Shown here in pieces: positions 21,512-33,046 of a stretch of 64,000 nt of DNA (position 1 is its first letter; every line of letters starts with the position of its first letter). Below the pieces are notes generated by a model. It saw nothing but the letters and a program-made list of their open reading frames with translations. It did no database searches and had not been told where the DNA came from. The translations under genes were made by a program, and so were the position numbers. Origin of the DNA: an uncultured Candidatus Binatia bacterium (GTDB lineage Bacteria > Desulfobacterota > Binatia > UBA9968 > JAJDTQ01); the NCBI GenBank assembly GCA_965215605.1, contig OZ244070.1:1152001-1216000 (forward strand), in the 5' to 3' direction.

Positions 21512-23346
21512 GGTTCATCTACCTTCGTTCCGATACCGTTGTTGACTGCTTCGCGATGCTGCTCCACCTGCCGCACGATCTCGCCGGCGGTGGCGGGAAG
21601 GCCGTCGTAAATGAGGATGCTGGCGATCCGGGTGGCGAACTCCGGATATTCTTCCCTGAATATGGCGGCCATCTGACCGTCGCGGTTCTGCTCCATGAGA
21701 TAGACCACATCATGGGCGGCCACGAACTCCCGCACCTCGTCCGCCAGGGGCAGCGCCCGCAGCAGCAGGTGGTTGGTGTCCACGCCGGCGGCCCTCAGGC
21801 GGTCGCGCGCTTCGCGCACGGCCTCGTAGCTCGACCCGAAGCAGATCACCCCGGCGCTGATGTCCGCCGCATACTCGATCAACGGCTTGGGCACGTAGGT
21901 ACGCGCCGTCTCGTACTTCTGCCGCAGCCGGTCCAGCGTGTCCTTGTAGTCCTTCTCATCCTCTGAGTAGCGCGCCTGGGAGTCGTGGCCGGAGCCGCGC
22001 GCAAAGTAGGCCGCCAGCGGATGGCGATTGCCGGGAATCGTCCGCTGCGGGATACCGTCGCCGTCCACGTCCAGGTAGCGCGCGAAGCTTCCCTGCCGGT
22101 CCAGATCCTCCGCGCTGAGGACCTTGCCGCGATCAAAGGGTTCCTGCAACAGCTCCAGCGGATCCGACCCCCAGAGGTTCATGCCCAGATCCAGGTCCAT
22201 CATGACGAACACGGGGGTCTGGAAACGTTCGGCCACGTCGAAACTCTTGCGCGCCAGGTCGAAGCTGGACTTCATGTCGTGGGGGATGAGGATGATGTGG
22301 CGCGTGTCGCCGTGGGAGGCCACGTGCATCAACTGGATGTCGGCCTGCTGGGTGCGTGTCGGGAGTCCCGTGGAGGGGCCGCCGCGCTGGATGATGAAGT
22401 ATACGCCGGGGATCTCCGCGAAGTACTGCAGGCCCAGGGTCTCGTTCATGAGCGAGACGCCCGGCCCCGAGGTGGAGGTCATGGCCCGGGCACCCATCCA
22501 TCCGGCGCCCGCCACCATGTTGGTGGCGGCGATCTCGTCCTCGGCCTGGACCACCGCGTAGGTGTTCTTGCCGTCCTTGTCCTTGCGCAACCGCGGCAGG
22601 TACCGCTCCAGCGCCTCGGCCAGGGAGCTGGACGGGGTGATGGGGTACCAGGCGCAGAATGTGACCCCGCCGTAGATCGCGCCCAGCGCGCAGGCGGTGT
22701 TGCCCTCGGTGACGATCTTGCCGTCGTTGCCGCCGGGGATCTTTTCCAGCATGGCGATGGACTGGCTCAGGCCGTTGTCCCGCATGTGATTGTAGCCGAG
22801 CTCGATACAGAGCAGGTTGGACTCGATGACCGCCGGCTTGTTGCCGAAGGTGTCGCTCAGCACCTCCCGGATCGTGTCCATGTCGATGCCGAAGAGGTAG
22901 GCCAGGGCGCCCACGTACAGCATGTTGCGCTGCTTGGCCCGCAACGGCCCCGCTTCCACGTGCTTCTGCACCAGAGCGTTGGCGGGGACGCCGAGATACT
23001 GGACGCCGTCGCGCTTCAGGTGGTCCGGCAGCGGCTTGGTGTCGTCGTAAAGGATCAGCCCGCCGTCCCGGACCCGGTAGATATCCTTGTCCGAGGTGTC
23101 GTCGTTGAACATGACCATGACGTCGATGACGTCCTTCCGTCCGAGGTAGCCGTCGGCGTTGGCCCGGATCTGGTACCAGGTGGGCAGCCCCTGGATGTTG
23201 GACGGAAACATGTTCTTCGAGGAGCAGGGGATGCCCATCTTGAAGATGGACTTGAACAGGATATTGTTGGACGAGGCACTTCCCGAACCGTTGGCAGTAG
23301 CGACGCTAATGCTGAGATCGTTGACAACGGGCATGTCGTTCTCCAT
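21484..23346 (-). CDS. 2-oxoacid:ferredoxin oxidoreductase subunit alpha (gamma-alpha fusion)
   Basis: ANGSGS, YPITPSS, QAEDE, TSGPG, QRGGPSTGLPT. Confidence 0.95.
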   Translation of the reverse strand: MENDMPVVNDLSISVATANGSGSASSNNILFKSIFKMGIPCSSKNMFPSNIQGLPTWYQIRANADGYLGRKDVIDVMVMFNDDTSDKDIYRVRDGGLILYDDTKPLPDHLKRDGVQYLGVPANALVQKHVEAGPLRAKQRNMLYVGALAYLFGIDMDTIREVLSDTFGNKPAVIESNLLCIELGYNHMRDNGLSQSIAMLEKIPGGNDGKIVTEGNTACALGAIYGGVTFCAWYPITPSSSLAEALERYLPRLRKDKDGKNTYAVVQAEDEIAATNMVAGAGWMGARAMTSTSGPGVSLMNETLGLQYFAEIPGVYFIIQRGGPSTGLPTRTQQADIQLMHVASHGDTRHIILIPHDMKSSFDLARKSFDVAERFQTPVFVMMDLDLGMNLWGSDPLELLQEPFDRGKVLSAEDLDRQGSFARYLDVDGDGIPQRTIPGNRHPLAAYFARGSGHDSQARYSEDEKDYKDTLDRLRQKYETARTYVPKPLIEYAADISAGVICFGSSYEAVREARDRLRAAGVDTNHLLLRALPLADEVREFVAAHDVVYLMEQNRDGQMAAIFREEYPEFATRIASILIYDGLPATAGEIVRQVEQHREAVNNGIGTKVDEPWQKQIASI

Positions 23347-23462
23347 TGTTGTGGGGCGAAGCGTGTTGGCTCGCTAGTCTACCAACAGAACGTAACCGAA
23401 ACAAGGACTTAACCCTTTTTTGACAGTGAATGCCGCACCATGACGGCGGTTTTCCCTCCGGC

Positions 23463-24323
23463 CTAACCCGGCGTATAGTTCTCCTCCGACTCCCAGAACT
23501 CCTCGATCTCCTTCCAGGCCTTGCGGACAACATCGTCGATGTCGAGGGCCTTGGCGTATTGCAGCACGTCTCCCACGGAGACGATGCCCGCCAACTCGCC
23601 GCCGTCGCCGGCCACGGGCATGTGACGAAACCCGTTGTCGCGCATCTGCGCCAACACTTCCTGGACCGGCGTTGACCCGCTGGTGACCACCGGATCGGGA
23701 GTCATGACCTCCGACACCGGCACCTGCCCCATGTCCCGGTCTTCCAGGGCGATCCGCGTCAGCACGTCCCGCTCGGTAAAAATGCCCCCGGTCTTGCCTT
23801 CGACGGAAACCATGACGCAGCCCGTCTGCTCCCGCACCAACTTGTCGATGACCTTGGTCACCGGCATGGAGCCATCCACGGCCAGGACCGCGCCGGAAAC
23901 CACCTCGCCCACGGTTCGCGAGTCTCGCAGGTTCGCGCCGAGCTCCACCACCAGGTTGAGTATCCGCCGCATGGAGACAAGGCCGACCATGCGCCGGTTG
24001 TCGCTGTAGACCACCAGGTGGCGGTAACGCCCCTTGTACATCCGTCCCAACACCTCGACGATGGAGGTCCCCTCGGGAACCCCCTGGACCGGGGTGGTCA
24101 TGACCCGTCGTATGGGCGTCTTGTGAACGTCCAGCACGCGGTTCATCACCCGTCTCAGGATGTCGGTTTCGGTGAAGATACCGGCCGGGGCGTCGTTCTC
24201 GGTAATGACTACCCGGCCCACCCGGCGATCCACCATGAGCCGGGTGACCTGCCGGATGGTGCTCGACGGCTCGGCGGTGATGACCGCGGTCGTCATGATC
24301 TCGCTTACCTTGTTGGACAGCAT
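23463..24323 (-). CDS. four-CBS-domain protein
   Basis: Repeated GIFTETD/GIFTERD, VMT, RHL/RHMPV, GIVS motifs. Confidence 0.9.
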   Translation of the reverse strand: MLSNKVSEIMTTAVITAEPSSTIRQVTRLMVDRRVGRVVITENDAPAGIFTETDILRRVMNRVLDVHKTPIRRVMTTPVQGVPEGTSIVEVLGRMYKGRYRHLVVYSDNRRMVGLVSMRRILNLVVELGANLRDSRTVGEVVSGAVLAVDGSMPVTKVIDKLVREQTGCVMVSVEGKTGGIFTERDVLTRIALEDRDMGQVPVSEVMTPDPVVTSGSTPVQEVLAQMRDNGFRHMPVAGDGGELAGIVSVGDVLQYAKALDIDDVVRKAWKEIEEFWESEENYTPG

Positions 24324-24427
24324 GGAAAACCTCCAGAACGCCGGGCAAGGCGGACCAAGGCGTTGCCTCGGCGACAAATCGGGTTCGTGTCCTGCCAGGT
24401 CGGCCGGCGCGCCGGTCCGCATCTGAA

Positions 24428-24456
24428 TTGACCCGCCAGGACACTCGTCCTACACT
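24428..24456 (+). promoter_or_regulatory. sigma70 promoter for the M48 peptidase gene
   Basis: TTGACC-17-TACACT; implies start at ATG 24493 rather than 24457. Confidence 0.55.
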
Positions 24457-24492
24457 ATGATAACCACAGCGCTCCGTCTTACGCAATTTCTC

Positions 24493-25797
24493 ATGGAAAT
24501 GGTCATCGCCTGCTTGTTCCTGGGCTTTCTGTCCGCGGAGCTGATCGTCGAATCCCTGCTCAACGAAGCCAACATGCGGCACCTGGAACGGCAGTGGCGG
24601 CAGGGCCGGCCGCCGGACCGGTTCGCCGCCGACATCAGCCCCGAAACCCGCGAAAAATCGGTACGTTATGCCCTGTCCCAAGGACGCTTTGCGCGCTGCT
24701 CGACGGTCTACGGCGTAGCGCTGACGCTGCTTGTGCTGTTCGGCGGGGTGCTGCCGCGGGTGGACCGGCTCGCCCGCGAGGCGGGGGCGTTCCTGCCGGT
24801 GCCGGAGGCCGCCGGCATCCTGTTCTGTCTCGCCGTCGGCGGGGTCTTCGCGGTCATGTCGCTGCCCCTGAGAGTCTATTCGACCTTCGTGCTGGAGGAG
24901 CGCTTCGGCTTCAACAAGACGGACGCGCGCACTTTCGTCATGGACCGGCTCAAGGGCACGGTCCTGGCGGTGGTGATCGGGGCGCCGTTTCTCTACGGCG
25001 TGCTGTGGCTCATGACGGCCGCCGGCGCTTGGTGGTGGGTGTGCGTCTTCGCGTTCATCTTTGCCTTCCAGGGCCTGATGCTGGTGATCTACCCCACCCT
25101 GATCGCGCCGCTCTTCAACCGGTTCTCGCCGGTGGCGGACGACCCGTTGCGGGACGCCATCGCGGAGTTGGCGCAACGGGTGGGTCTCCGGACCAGCGGC
25201 ATCTACACCATGGACGGCTCCAGGCGATCCGGGCATTCCAACGCCTACTTCACCGGCTTGGGAAAGGCCAAGCGCATCGTCCTGTTCGACACGCTGCTGC
25301 AGCAACTGGACCGTCCGCAGCTCCTCTCCGTGCTGGCCCACGAGATGGGACACTACAAGATGCGCCACGTGCTCAAGGGCCTGGCCCTGAGCGCCGTCTT
25401 CACCCTGGCCGGGCTCTGGGTGCTGAGCCTGCTGCTGGACTATCCGCCCCTGTTCCGGGCCTTCGGACTGGACGCGCCGGCCCACCACACGGCGCTGGTC
25501 ATCTTCACGTTGATCTCGGGGCCGTTTACATTCTGGTTGTCGCCGTTTATGAACCAGATTTCGCGGCGGCACGAGTACGAGGCCGACGGCTTCGCGGTTC
25601 GGCTGCTGGACGACGGCAAGCCCCTGGAAGAGGCCCTGGTGGCGCTGACCGTCAACAACCTGAGCAATCCGACGCCCCATCCGTGGTACTCCGCCTACCA
25701 TGACTCGCATCCGGCCACGGCGGAGCGGGTCCGGGCCATCCGGGCCGCGGGCGCGGGACCGGGCAGGGACACGGCAGCGGCAGGCGCCGCCGGATGA
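24493..25797 (+). CDS. M48 family (Ste24-like) membrane metallopeptidase
   Basis: NAYFTG, HEMGH, EYEAD, HP motif, several TM segments. Confidence 0.93.
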   Translation: MEMVIACLFLGFLSAELIVESLLNEANMRHLERQWRQGRPPDRFAADISPETREKSVRYALSQGRFARCSTVYGVALTLLVLFGGVLPRVDRLAREAGAFLPVPEAAGILFCLAVGGVFAVMSLPLRVYSTFVLEERFGFNKTDARTFVMDRLKGTVLAVVIGAPFLYGVLWLMTAAGAWWWVCVFAFIFAFQGLMLVIYPTLIAPLFNRFSPVADDPLRDAIAELAQRVGLRTSGIYTMDGSRRSGHSNAYFTGLGKAKRIVLFDTLLQQLDRPQLLSVLAHEMGHYKMRHVLKGLALSAVFTLAGLWVLSLLLDYPPLFRAFGLDAPAHHTALVIFTLISGPFTFWLSPFMNQISRRHEYEADGFAVRLLDDGKPLEEALVALTVNNLSNPTPHPWYSAYHDSHPATAERVRAIRAAGAGPGRDTAAAGAAG

Positions 25798-25816
25798 CGC
25801 TCTCAAAAGGAACCCC

Positions 25817-26875
25817 ATGACACGGATACTGAACAACGACGATGTGCGGCAGGCCATGAACATCGACGAGTGCCTGGAGGCCATGGCCACCGCCTACCGG
25901 GACCTCCCGGACGGGCGGGCGGTGAACCGCCCCACCACCCACATCTACACGCACCATTCCATGGCCGACGCCTCCTACAGCTTCAAGTCCGTGGAAGGGG
26001 CGGTGGAGCGGTTCGGCACCCTGGCCCTGCGGGTGACCTCGGACGTGGTCCGGGAGGAGACCTACAACGGCTCGATTCGGCTGGAAAAGCTGCCGCTGGC
26101 CGGCAAGGGGCTGTTCCTCGGGCTGGTGCAGTTGTACAGCCTGGAGAACGGCGAACTGATGGGTATCCTGCCGGACGGCGTCATCCAGCAGACCCGGGTG
26201 GCCATCACCAGCGCCCTGGGCGCCCAGGCGCTGTGCCGGCCGGAGGCCGCCCGGCTGGGCCTCATCGGCACCGGCGGGCAGGCCCGCGCCCACTTCCGCC
26301 TGCTGACCCACGTGCTCCCCATCAAGACGGTCAAGGTCTACAGTCCCCGCCCCGAGCACCGGGAGGCCTTCGCCGAAGAGATGGGCCGGACCGACGGCAT
26401 CGAGGTGGAGCCCACGGGCAGCGTGGCCGCGGCCATCGCCGGATGCGACATCATCTGTACCGCCACCAGCACCTCGTCCCCCATCATCACCGGCGACATG
26501 CTGGAGCCCGGCGTACACTACAACGCCATCCGCGAGTTCGAGCACGACGACACCGTTTTCGCCAAGGCGGACATCACCGGCATCCACACCCAGATGGGCG
26601 GCATCCGGCACCACCTGCCCCCCGGCATCGACCACCTGCCGGGAATTCGCCAGGAGAAGCCCCGGGACTGGAGCGTCTACCCGGAGATCTCGGACTTCCT
26701 GTCCGGCCGCGCCACCGGGCGCACCGGCGCCGGCCAGATCACCTTCTTCCTCAACAACATCGGCATCGGCGTCCAGTTCGCCGCCATGGGGCACTGCATC
26801 CTCAAGGCCGCCGAGAAGATGGGGTTGGGCAAGGAAGTGGCAAGCGACTGGTTCCTGCAGGACATCAAGCCTTGA
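25817..26875 (+). CDS. ornithine cyclodeaminase/mu-crystallin family protein (second paralog)
   Basis: IGTGGQA, KVYSP, CTATS, GVQFAA. Confidence 0.88.
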   Translation: MTRILNNDDVRQAMNIDECLEAMATAYRDLPDGRAVNRPTTHIYTHHSMADASYSFKSVEGAVERFGTLALRVTSDVVREETYNGSIRLEKLPLAGKGLFLGLVQLYSLENGELMGILPDGVIQQTRVAITSALGAQALCRPEAARLGLIGTGGQARAHFRLLTHVLPIKTVKVYSPRPEHREAFAEEMGRTDGIEVEPTGSVAAAIAGCDIICTATSTSSPIITGDMLEPGVHYNAIREFEHDDTVFAKADITGIHTQMGGIRHHLPPGIDHLPGIRQEKPRDWSVYPEISDFLSGRATGRTGAGQITFFLNNIGIGVQFAAMGHCILKAAEKMGLGKEVASDWFLQDIKP

Positions 26876-28077
26876 TGCCGCACGGCCTGACGCAGCACAC
26901 GGAGCAGGACTCAAACCCGCCCGCGGCGGCTTTCTCCCTCTACGTCCACATCCCCTACTGCGTCAGCAAGTGCCCCTACTGCGACTTCAACTCGCACGTG
27001 GCCGCGCGCATACCCGAGGAGGAGTATACCGGGGCGCTCCTCCAGGAACTCCGGCACTATTCCGAGCGGGAGGCATGGACGGGCCGTTCCATCAAGACCG
27101 TCTTCTTGGGCGGCGGCACCCCTTCGACCTTTCAGGGAAGCAGCATCGGCGCCGTGCTCGACGAAGCCGCCAGGCTCTTCGGCTTCGGCGAGCGAATGGA
27201 AATTACCCTGGAGGCGAACCCCGGCGTGGTGGATGCCGGCCGCTTCCGCGACTACCGGAGTTGCGGCGTCAACCGCATCAGCATCGGAGCGCAGAGCTTC
27301 GACCCCAAGCTGCTCCGGTTCCTGGGCCGGGTCCACAGCGCCGAGGAAACCCGCCAGGCCCTCAAGAGCGTCCGGAAGGCCGGCTTCGACAACTTCAGCC
27401 TCGACCTGATCTACGGAATCCCCGGCCAGACCGTAGACGGGGTGGGCCATGACCTCTCACAGGCCCTGGAGAACGAGCCGCCGCACCTGTCCGCCTACAA
27501 CCTCACCATCGAGGAAAGCACGCCCTTCCACGCCCGCTACCGCCAGGGCCTGCTGAAACCCCTGGACGAAGACGTGGAGATCGAGATGGCCGCCCGCGTC
27601 CAGCACACCTTGGCCGACGCCGGCCTGGAGCGCTACGAGATCTCCAACTACGCCCGCCCCGGCCTTGAGTCCCGCCACAACGTCAACTACTGGGAAGGCG
27701 GCGACTACCTCGGCATCGGCGCCGGCGCCCACAGCCACCACCGCCGGCCGGAGGACCCGTTGGGAGAACGCTGGCAGAACGAGCGGTTGCCGAGCGGGTA
27801 CATGCGCCACGTCAGCGAGACCGGTGACGCCGTCACCGAGCGCGAGCGGCCGGAACTTCGTCAAGCCATGGGGGAGCACCTGTTCACCGGGCTCCGGATG
27901 ATCGGGGGGGTTTCGGTACCGGGGTTCTGCCGGCGGTTCGGAACGAAACCTGAGGATGCTTTCGCCGATCTTGCGGATTGGCTCTCACAGAGGCTGCTGG
28001 TAGAGGAAAACAAACGCCTACGCTTTGCGCCGCGGGGGCTCCTGCTGGCCAATGAACTCTTTATTCGGTTGGTATAA
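26875..28077 (+). CDS. hemW: radical SAM heme chaperone HemW
   Basis: YVHIPYCVSKCPYCDF, GGGTPS, YEISNY, HN-x2-YW; TGATG overlap. Confidence 0.93.
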   Translation: MPHGLTQHTEQDSNPPAAAFSLYVHIPYCVSKCPYCDFNSHVAARIPEEEYTGALLQELRHYSEREAWTGRSIKTVFLGGGTPSTFQGSSIGAVLDEAARLFGFGERMEITLEANPGVVDAGRFRDYRSCGVNRISIGAQSFDPKLLRFLGRVHSAEETRQALKSVRKAGFDNFSLDLIYGIPGQTVDGVGHDLSQALENEPPHLSAYNLTIEESTPFHARYRQGLLKPLDEDVEIEMAARVQHTLADAGLERYEISNYARPGLESRHNVNYWEGGDYLGIGAGAHSHHRRPEDPLGERWQNERLPSGYMRHVSETGDAVTERERPELRQAMGEHLFTGLRMIGGVSVPGFCRRFGTKPEDAFADLADWLSQRLLVEENKRLRFAPRGLLLANELFIRLV

Positions 28078-28201
28078 ATTCGCGTAGAGCTGTACGCATA
28101 AGCAGGACTACGCCCGAATCGGTGCGCCTGCGATCTGGAATTCATCTGTGGTAGACTTTTGTCGGAGGAAGGACTCCGTGCCCGTGGACACGCCGCAAAA
28201 A

Positions 28202-28264
28202 AGTTATCAGCCTGTGATAACTAAAGGAAGCGTTCTTGACCGAGCTCGATCTGAGAGATAGTCT
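28202..28264 (+). promoter_or_regulatory. hicBA promoter with upstream palindrome
   Basis: AGTTATCA-N5-TGATAACT (28202-28222); TTGACC-17-TAGTCT (28236-28264). Confidence 0.55.
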
Positions 28265-28304
28265 ACCGCCCAGTAACGCCACGAGGGGTCCCACGGTCAT
28301 ACCC

Positions 28305-28514
28305 ATGCGCACTTACACCGCCGTTGTGGAACGCTGCCCGGATACACGCCTCTATGTTGGATACGTCCCGGGGTTTCCGGGAGCACACAGTCAGGGCGAG
28401 ACTCTTGAGGAACTCAACGACAATCTCAAGGAGGTCGTCGCCATGCTCCTGGATGACGGGGAACCGACGCTGGACGGGGAATATGTGGGTACGCAAACCG
28501 TGGTCGTAACCTGA
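28305..28514 (+). CDS. hicB: HicB-family antitoxin (short, no DNA-binding domain)
   Basis: [17 protein letters not shown]...LKEV motif, 69 aa. Confidence 0.88.
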   Translation: MRTYTAVVERCPDTRLYVGYVPGFPGAHSQGETLEELNDNLKEVVAMLLDDGEPTLDGEYVGTQTVVVT

Positions 28515-28518
28515 TGCC

Positions 28519-28746
28519 GTGGCGACCATTCCCGTCCTCAAACCACGAGAAGTCATCGCCATCCTCACCGCACTCGGTTTTGTCGAGGTGCGCCAGCGTG
28601 GTTCGCACAAGCAGTTCCGCCATCCAGACGGTCGTGGCACTACCGTACCGATGCACGGCGGCCGCGACGTCTCTCCAATCCTGTTACGTCGTATCGCCCG
28701 CGATATCGGCTTGACCGCCGAAGAGTTCGTCCGGCAACGCCCTTAG
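28519..28746 (+). CDS. hicA: HicA-family toxin (mRNA interferase)
   Basis: GF-x3-RQRGSH-x2-F-x-H, TTVPMH. Confidence 0.9.
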   Translation: MATIPVLKPREVIAILTALGFVEVRQRGSHKQFRHPDGRGTTVPMHGGRDVSPILLRRIARDIGLTAEEFVRQRP

Positions 28747-28774
28747 TCGCGGCGGGAATGCCCGAGAAGTCTCC

Positions 28775-31311
<2,537 letters not shown>

Positions 31312-31332
31312 GATTCCTTTTCGACCCTTTCC

Positions 31333-31608
31333 TTAGTCGCTTTCGCGGAACTTGTCCTCGATGAGTTCCTCGATGGCAAGCATCGCTTCCTGGGCGTCAT
31401 CGCCCTTGGTTTCCACGCGGATCTTGCTGCCCTTGGCCGCTCCGAGCGTCAGAACGCCCATGATGCTTCGGGCGTTCACGACGTTGTCGTCCTTGGAGAT
31501 CTTCACCTCCGCGGAGAACCGATTGACGGTCTGGACCAGCAACGCGGAGGCCCGGGCGTGCATGCCGAGCCGGTTCTTTATCTCGAGCTTCTTCTTAACG
31601 CGATGCAT
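31333..31608 (-). CDS. ptsH: phosphocarrier protein HPr/NPr
   Basis: GMHARA, NARSIMG. Confidence 0.92.
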   Translation of the reverse strand: MHRVKKKLEIKNRLGMHARASALLVQTVNRFSAEVKISKDDNVVNARSIMGVLTLGAAKGSKIRVETKGDDAQEAMLAIEELIEDKFRESD

Positions 31609-31611
31609 GGA

Positions 31612-32487
31612 TCATCTGTCAATGTCCCGGTGCCGCAACTGGATGCGCCACGGAGTCGCCTCCAGGCGCCGCGCGAACTCGGCGGCCAGAACCACCGACC
31701 GGTGCTTGCCGCCGGTACAACCGAAGGCCACGGTCAGGTTGCTCTTGCCCTCGCGTTCATAGTTGGGCAACGTGAATTCCAGCAACGCGTTCATCCGTTC
31801 CACGAACGCGTGGGTTTCCGTCCGGCTGAGCACGAACTCGCGAACCTCCGGAGCCAATCCGCTCTTGGCCTTCAACCCACTAACAAAAAATGGATTGGGA
31901 AGGAACCTCACGTCCATAACCATGTCCGCTTCGGTGGGGATCCCGTACCTGTAGCCGAAGGACACGAGGAAAACCGACATCTGCCGCTTGCCCAGCGCCC
32001 GGACACACGACTCCTCCACCACCTGCTTGAGATCGTGGACGTTCAGACGGGTGGTATCGATGACGCGGTCCGCGGAATCCCGCATCCCGGTCAACGCCGT
32101 TCGTTCGCTGGCGATCCCTTCCTGGACGGAACCGTCGCCCTGCAGCGGATGCGGCCGGCGGGTCTCGTTGAACCGGCGCAGCAGCAGCTCGTCGCTGGCG
32201 TCGAGGAAGACCACCTCCACGCGGTGACCGGCGGCGCGGGTGTCCGCCAGCACCTTGTGCCAGCCCTCCATGAACCGCGCGCCGCGCAGGTCGATGCCGA
32301 AAGCGGCCCGTTCGATTCCTTCGCGGTAGCCCTGGCACAGGTCGATGAACCTGGGGATCAGCAGCACCGGCAGGTTGTCGATGCAGAAGAAGCTGTTGTC
32401 CTCGAGGACCCGCATGGCGGCGTTCTTGCCGGAACCCGACATGCCGGTGATGACGACGATATCAAGCCGGCCATGCATGTGCTTCAC
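31612..32487 (-). CDS. rapZ: RNase adapter RapZ
   Basis: GMSGSGK, DNLP, ETRRPHP, GCTGGKHRSV. Confidence 0.96.
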   Translation of the reverse strand: MKHMHGRLDIVVITGMSGSGKNAAMRVLEDNSFFCIDNLPVLLIPRFIDLCQGYREGIERAAFGIDLRGARFMEGWHKVLADTRAAGHRVEVVFLDASDELLLRRFNETRRPHPLQGDGSVQEGIASERTALTGMRDSADRVIDTTRLNVHDLKQVVEESCVRALGKRQMSVFLVSFGYRYGIPTEADMVMDVRFLPNPFFVSGLKAKSGLAPEVREFVLSRTETHAFVERMNALLEFTLPNYEREGKSNLTVAFGCTGGKHRSVVLAAEFARRLEATPWRIQLRHRDIDR

Positions 32488-32506
32488 ACGGACGCATCAC
32501 GATCCG

Positions 32507-32968
32507 TCAGAGGTTCCGCTCCTTCTCCTCGATCAGATTCACCACCTCCTCGGCGGTCTGGACCTGCATGAGGTCCTCCCTGAGCGATGCGTCCTTCACC
32601 AGCCGCGACACCCGGGCCAGCGCGCTCAGGTGCTCGGAGGTCGAACCCTCCGGCGCCACCAAGAGAAAGAAGAGATGCGTGGGCGTGCCGTCCTGGGCGT
32701 CGAAATCGACACCCTCCCGGCTGCGGGCGAAGGCGATGTACACACGTTCCAGCCCGGGCAGCTTGCCGTGAGGGATGGCGACGCCCTCGCCGATGGCGGT
32801 GCTGCATATCCGCTCCCGGGCATGGACCACCTCCAGCAGCCGCCGCGAATCCTCAAAGCCGAAGTGGCTCGATAGGCGCGTCACGATCTCCTCGAGGACA
32901 GCGGACTTCTCCCGTGCCTCAAGGCTGGGGATGACCGCTTCCGCATCCAGAACGTCCGTGATTCGCAA
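32507..32968 (-). CDS. ptsN: PTS IIA(Ntr)-like protein
   Basis: RE-x2-STAIGEGVAIPHG; downstream of rpoN. Confidence 0.9.
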   Translation of the reverse strand: MRITDVLDAEAVIPSLEAREKSAVLEEIVTRLSSHFGFEDSRRLLEVVHARERICSTAIGEGVAIPHGKLPGLERVYIAFARSREGVDFDAQDGTPTHLFFLLVAPEGSTSEHLSALARVSRLVKDASLREDLMQVQTAEEVVNLIEEKERNL

Positions 32969-33046
32969 CCCCTACCCCCTTTGTGGACGGCTGCCCGGGG
33001 CAGCCCGACTGCTCATGTCCGCGCCCGGCGAAACGCCGGCAACGCC

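Noticed and set aside
19523-25890. Long antisense ORFs (695 aa, 838 aa, 475 aa) and many similar ones across the window
   Set aside because: Shadow ORFs opposite well-supported genes; no motifs; expected at this GC content
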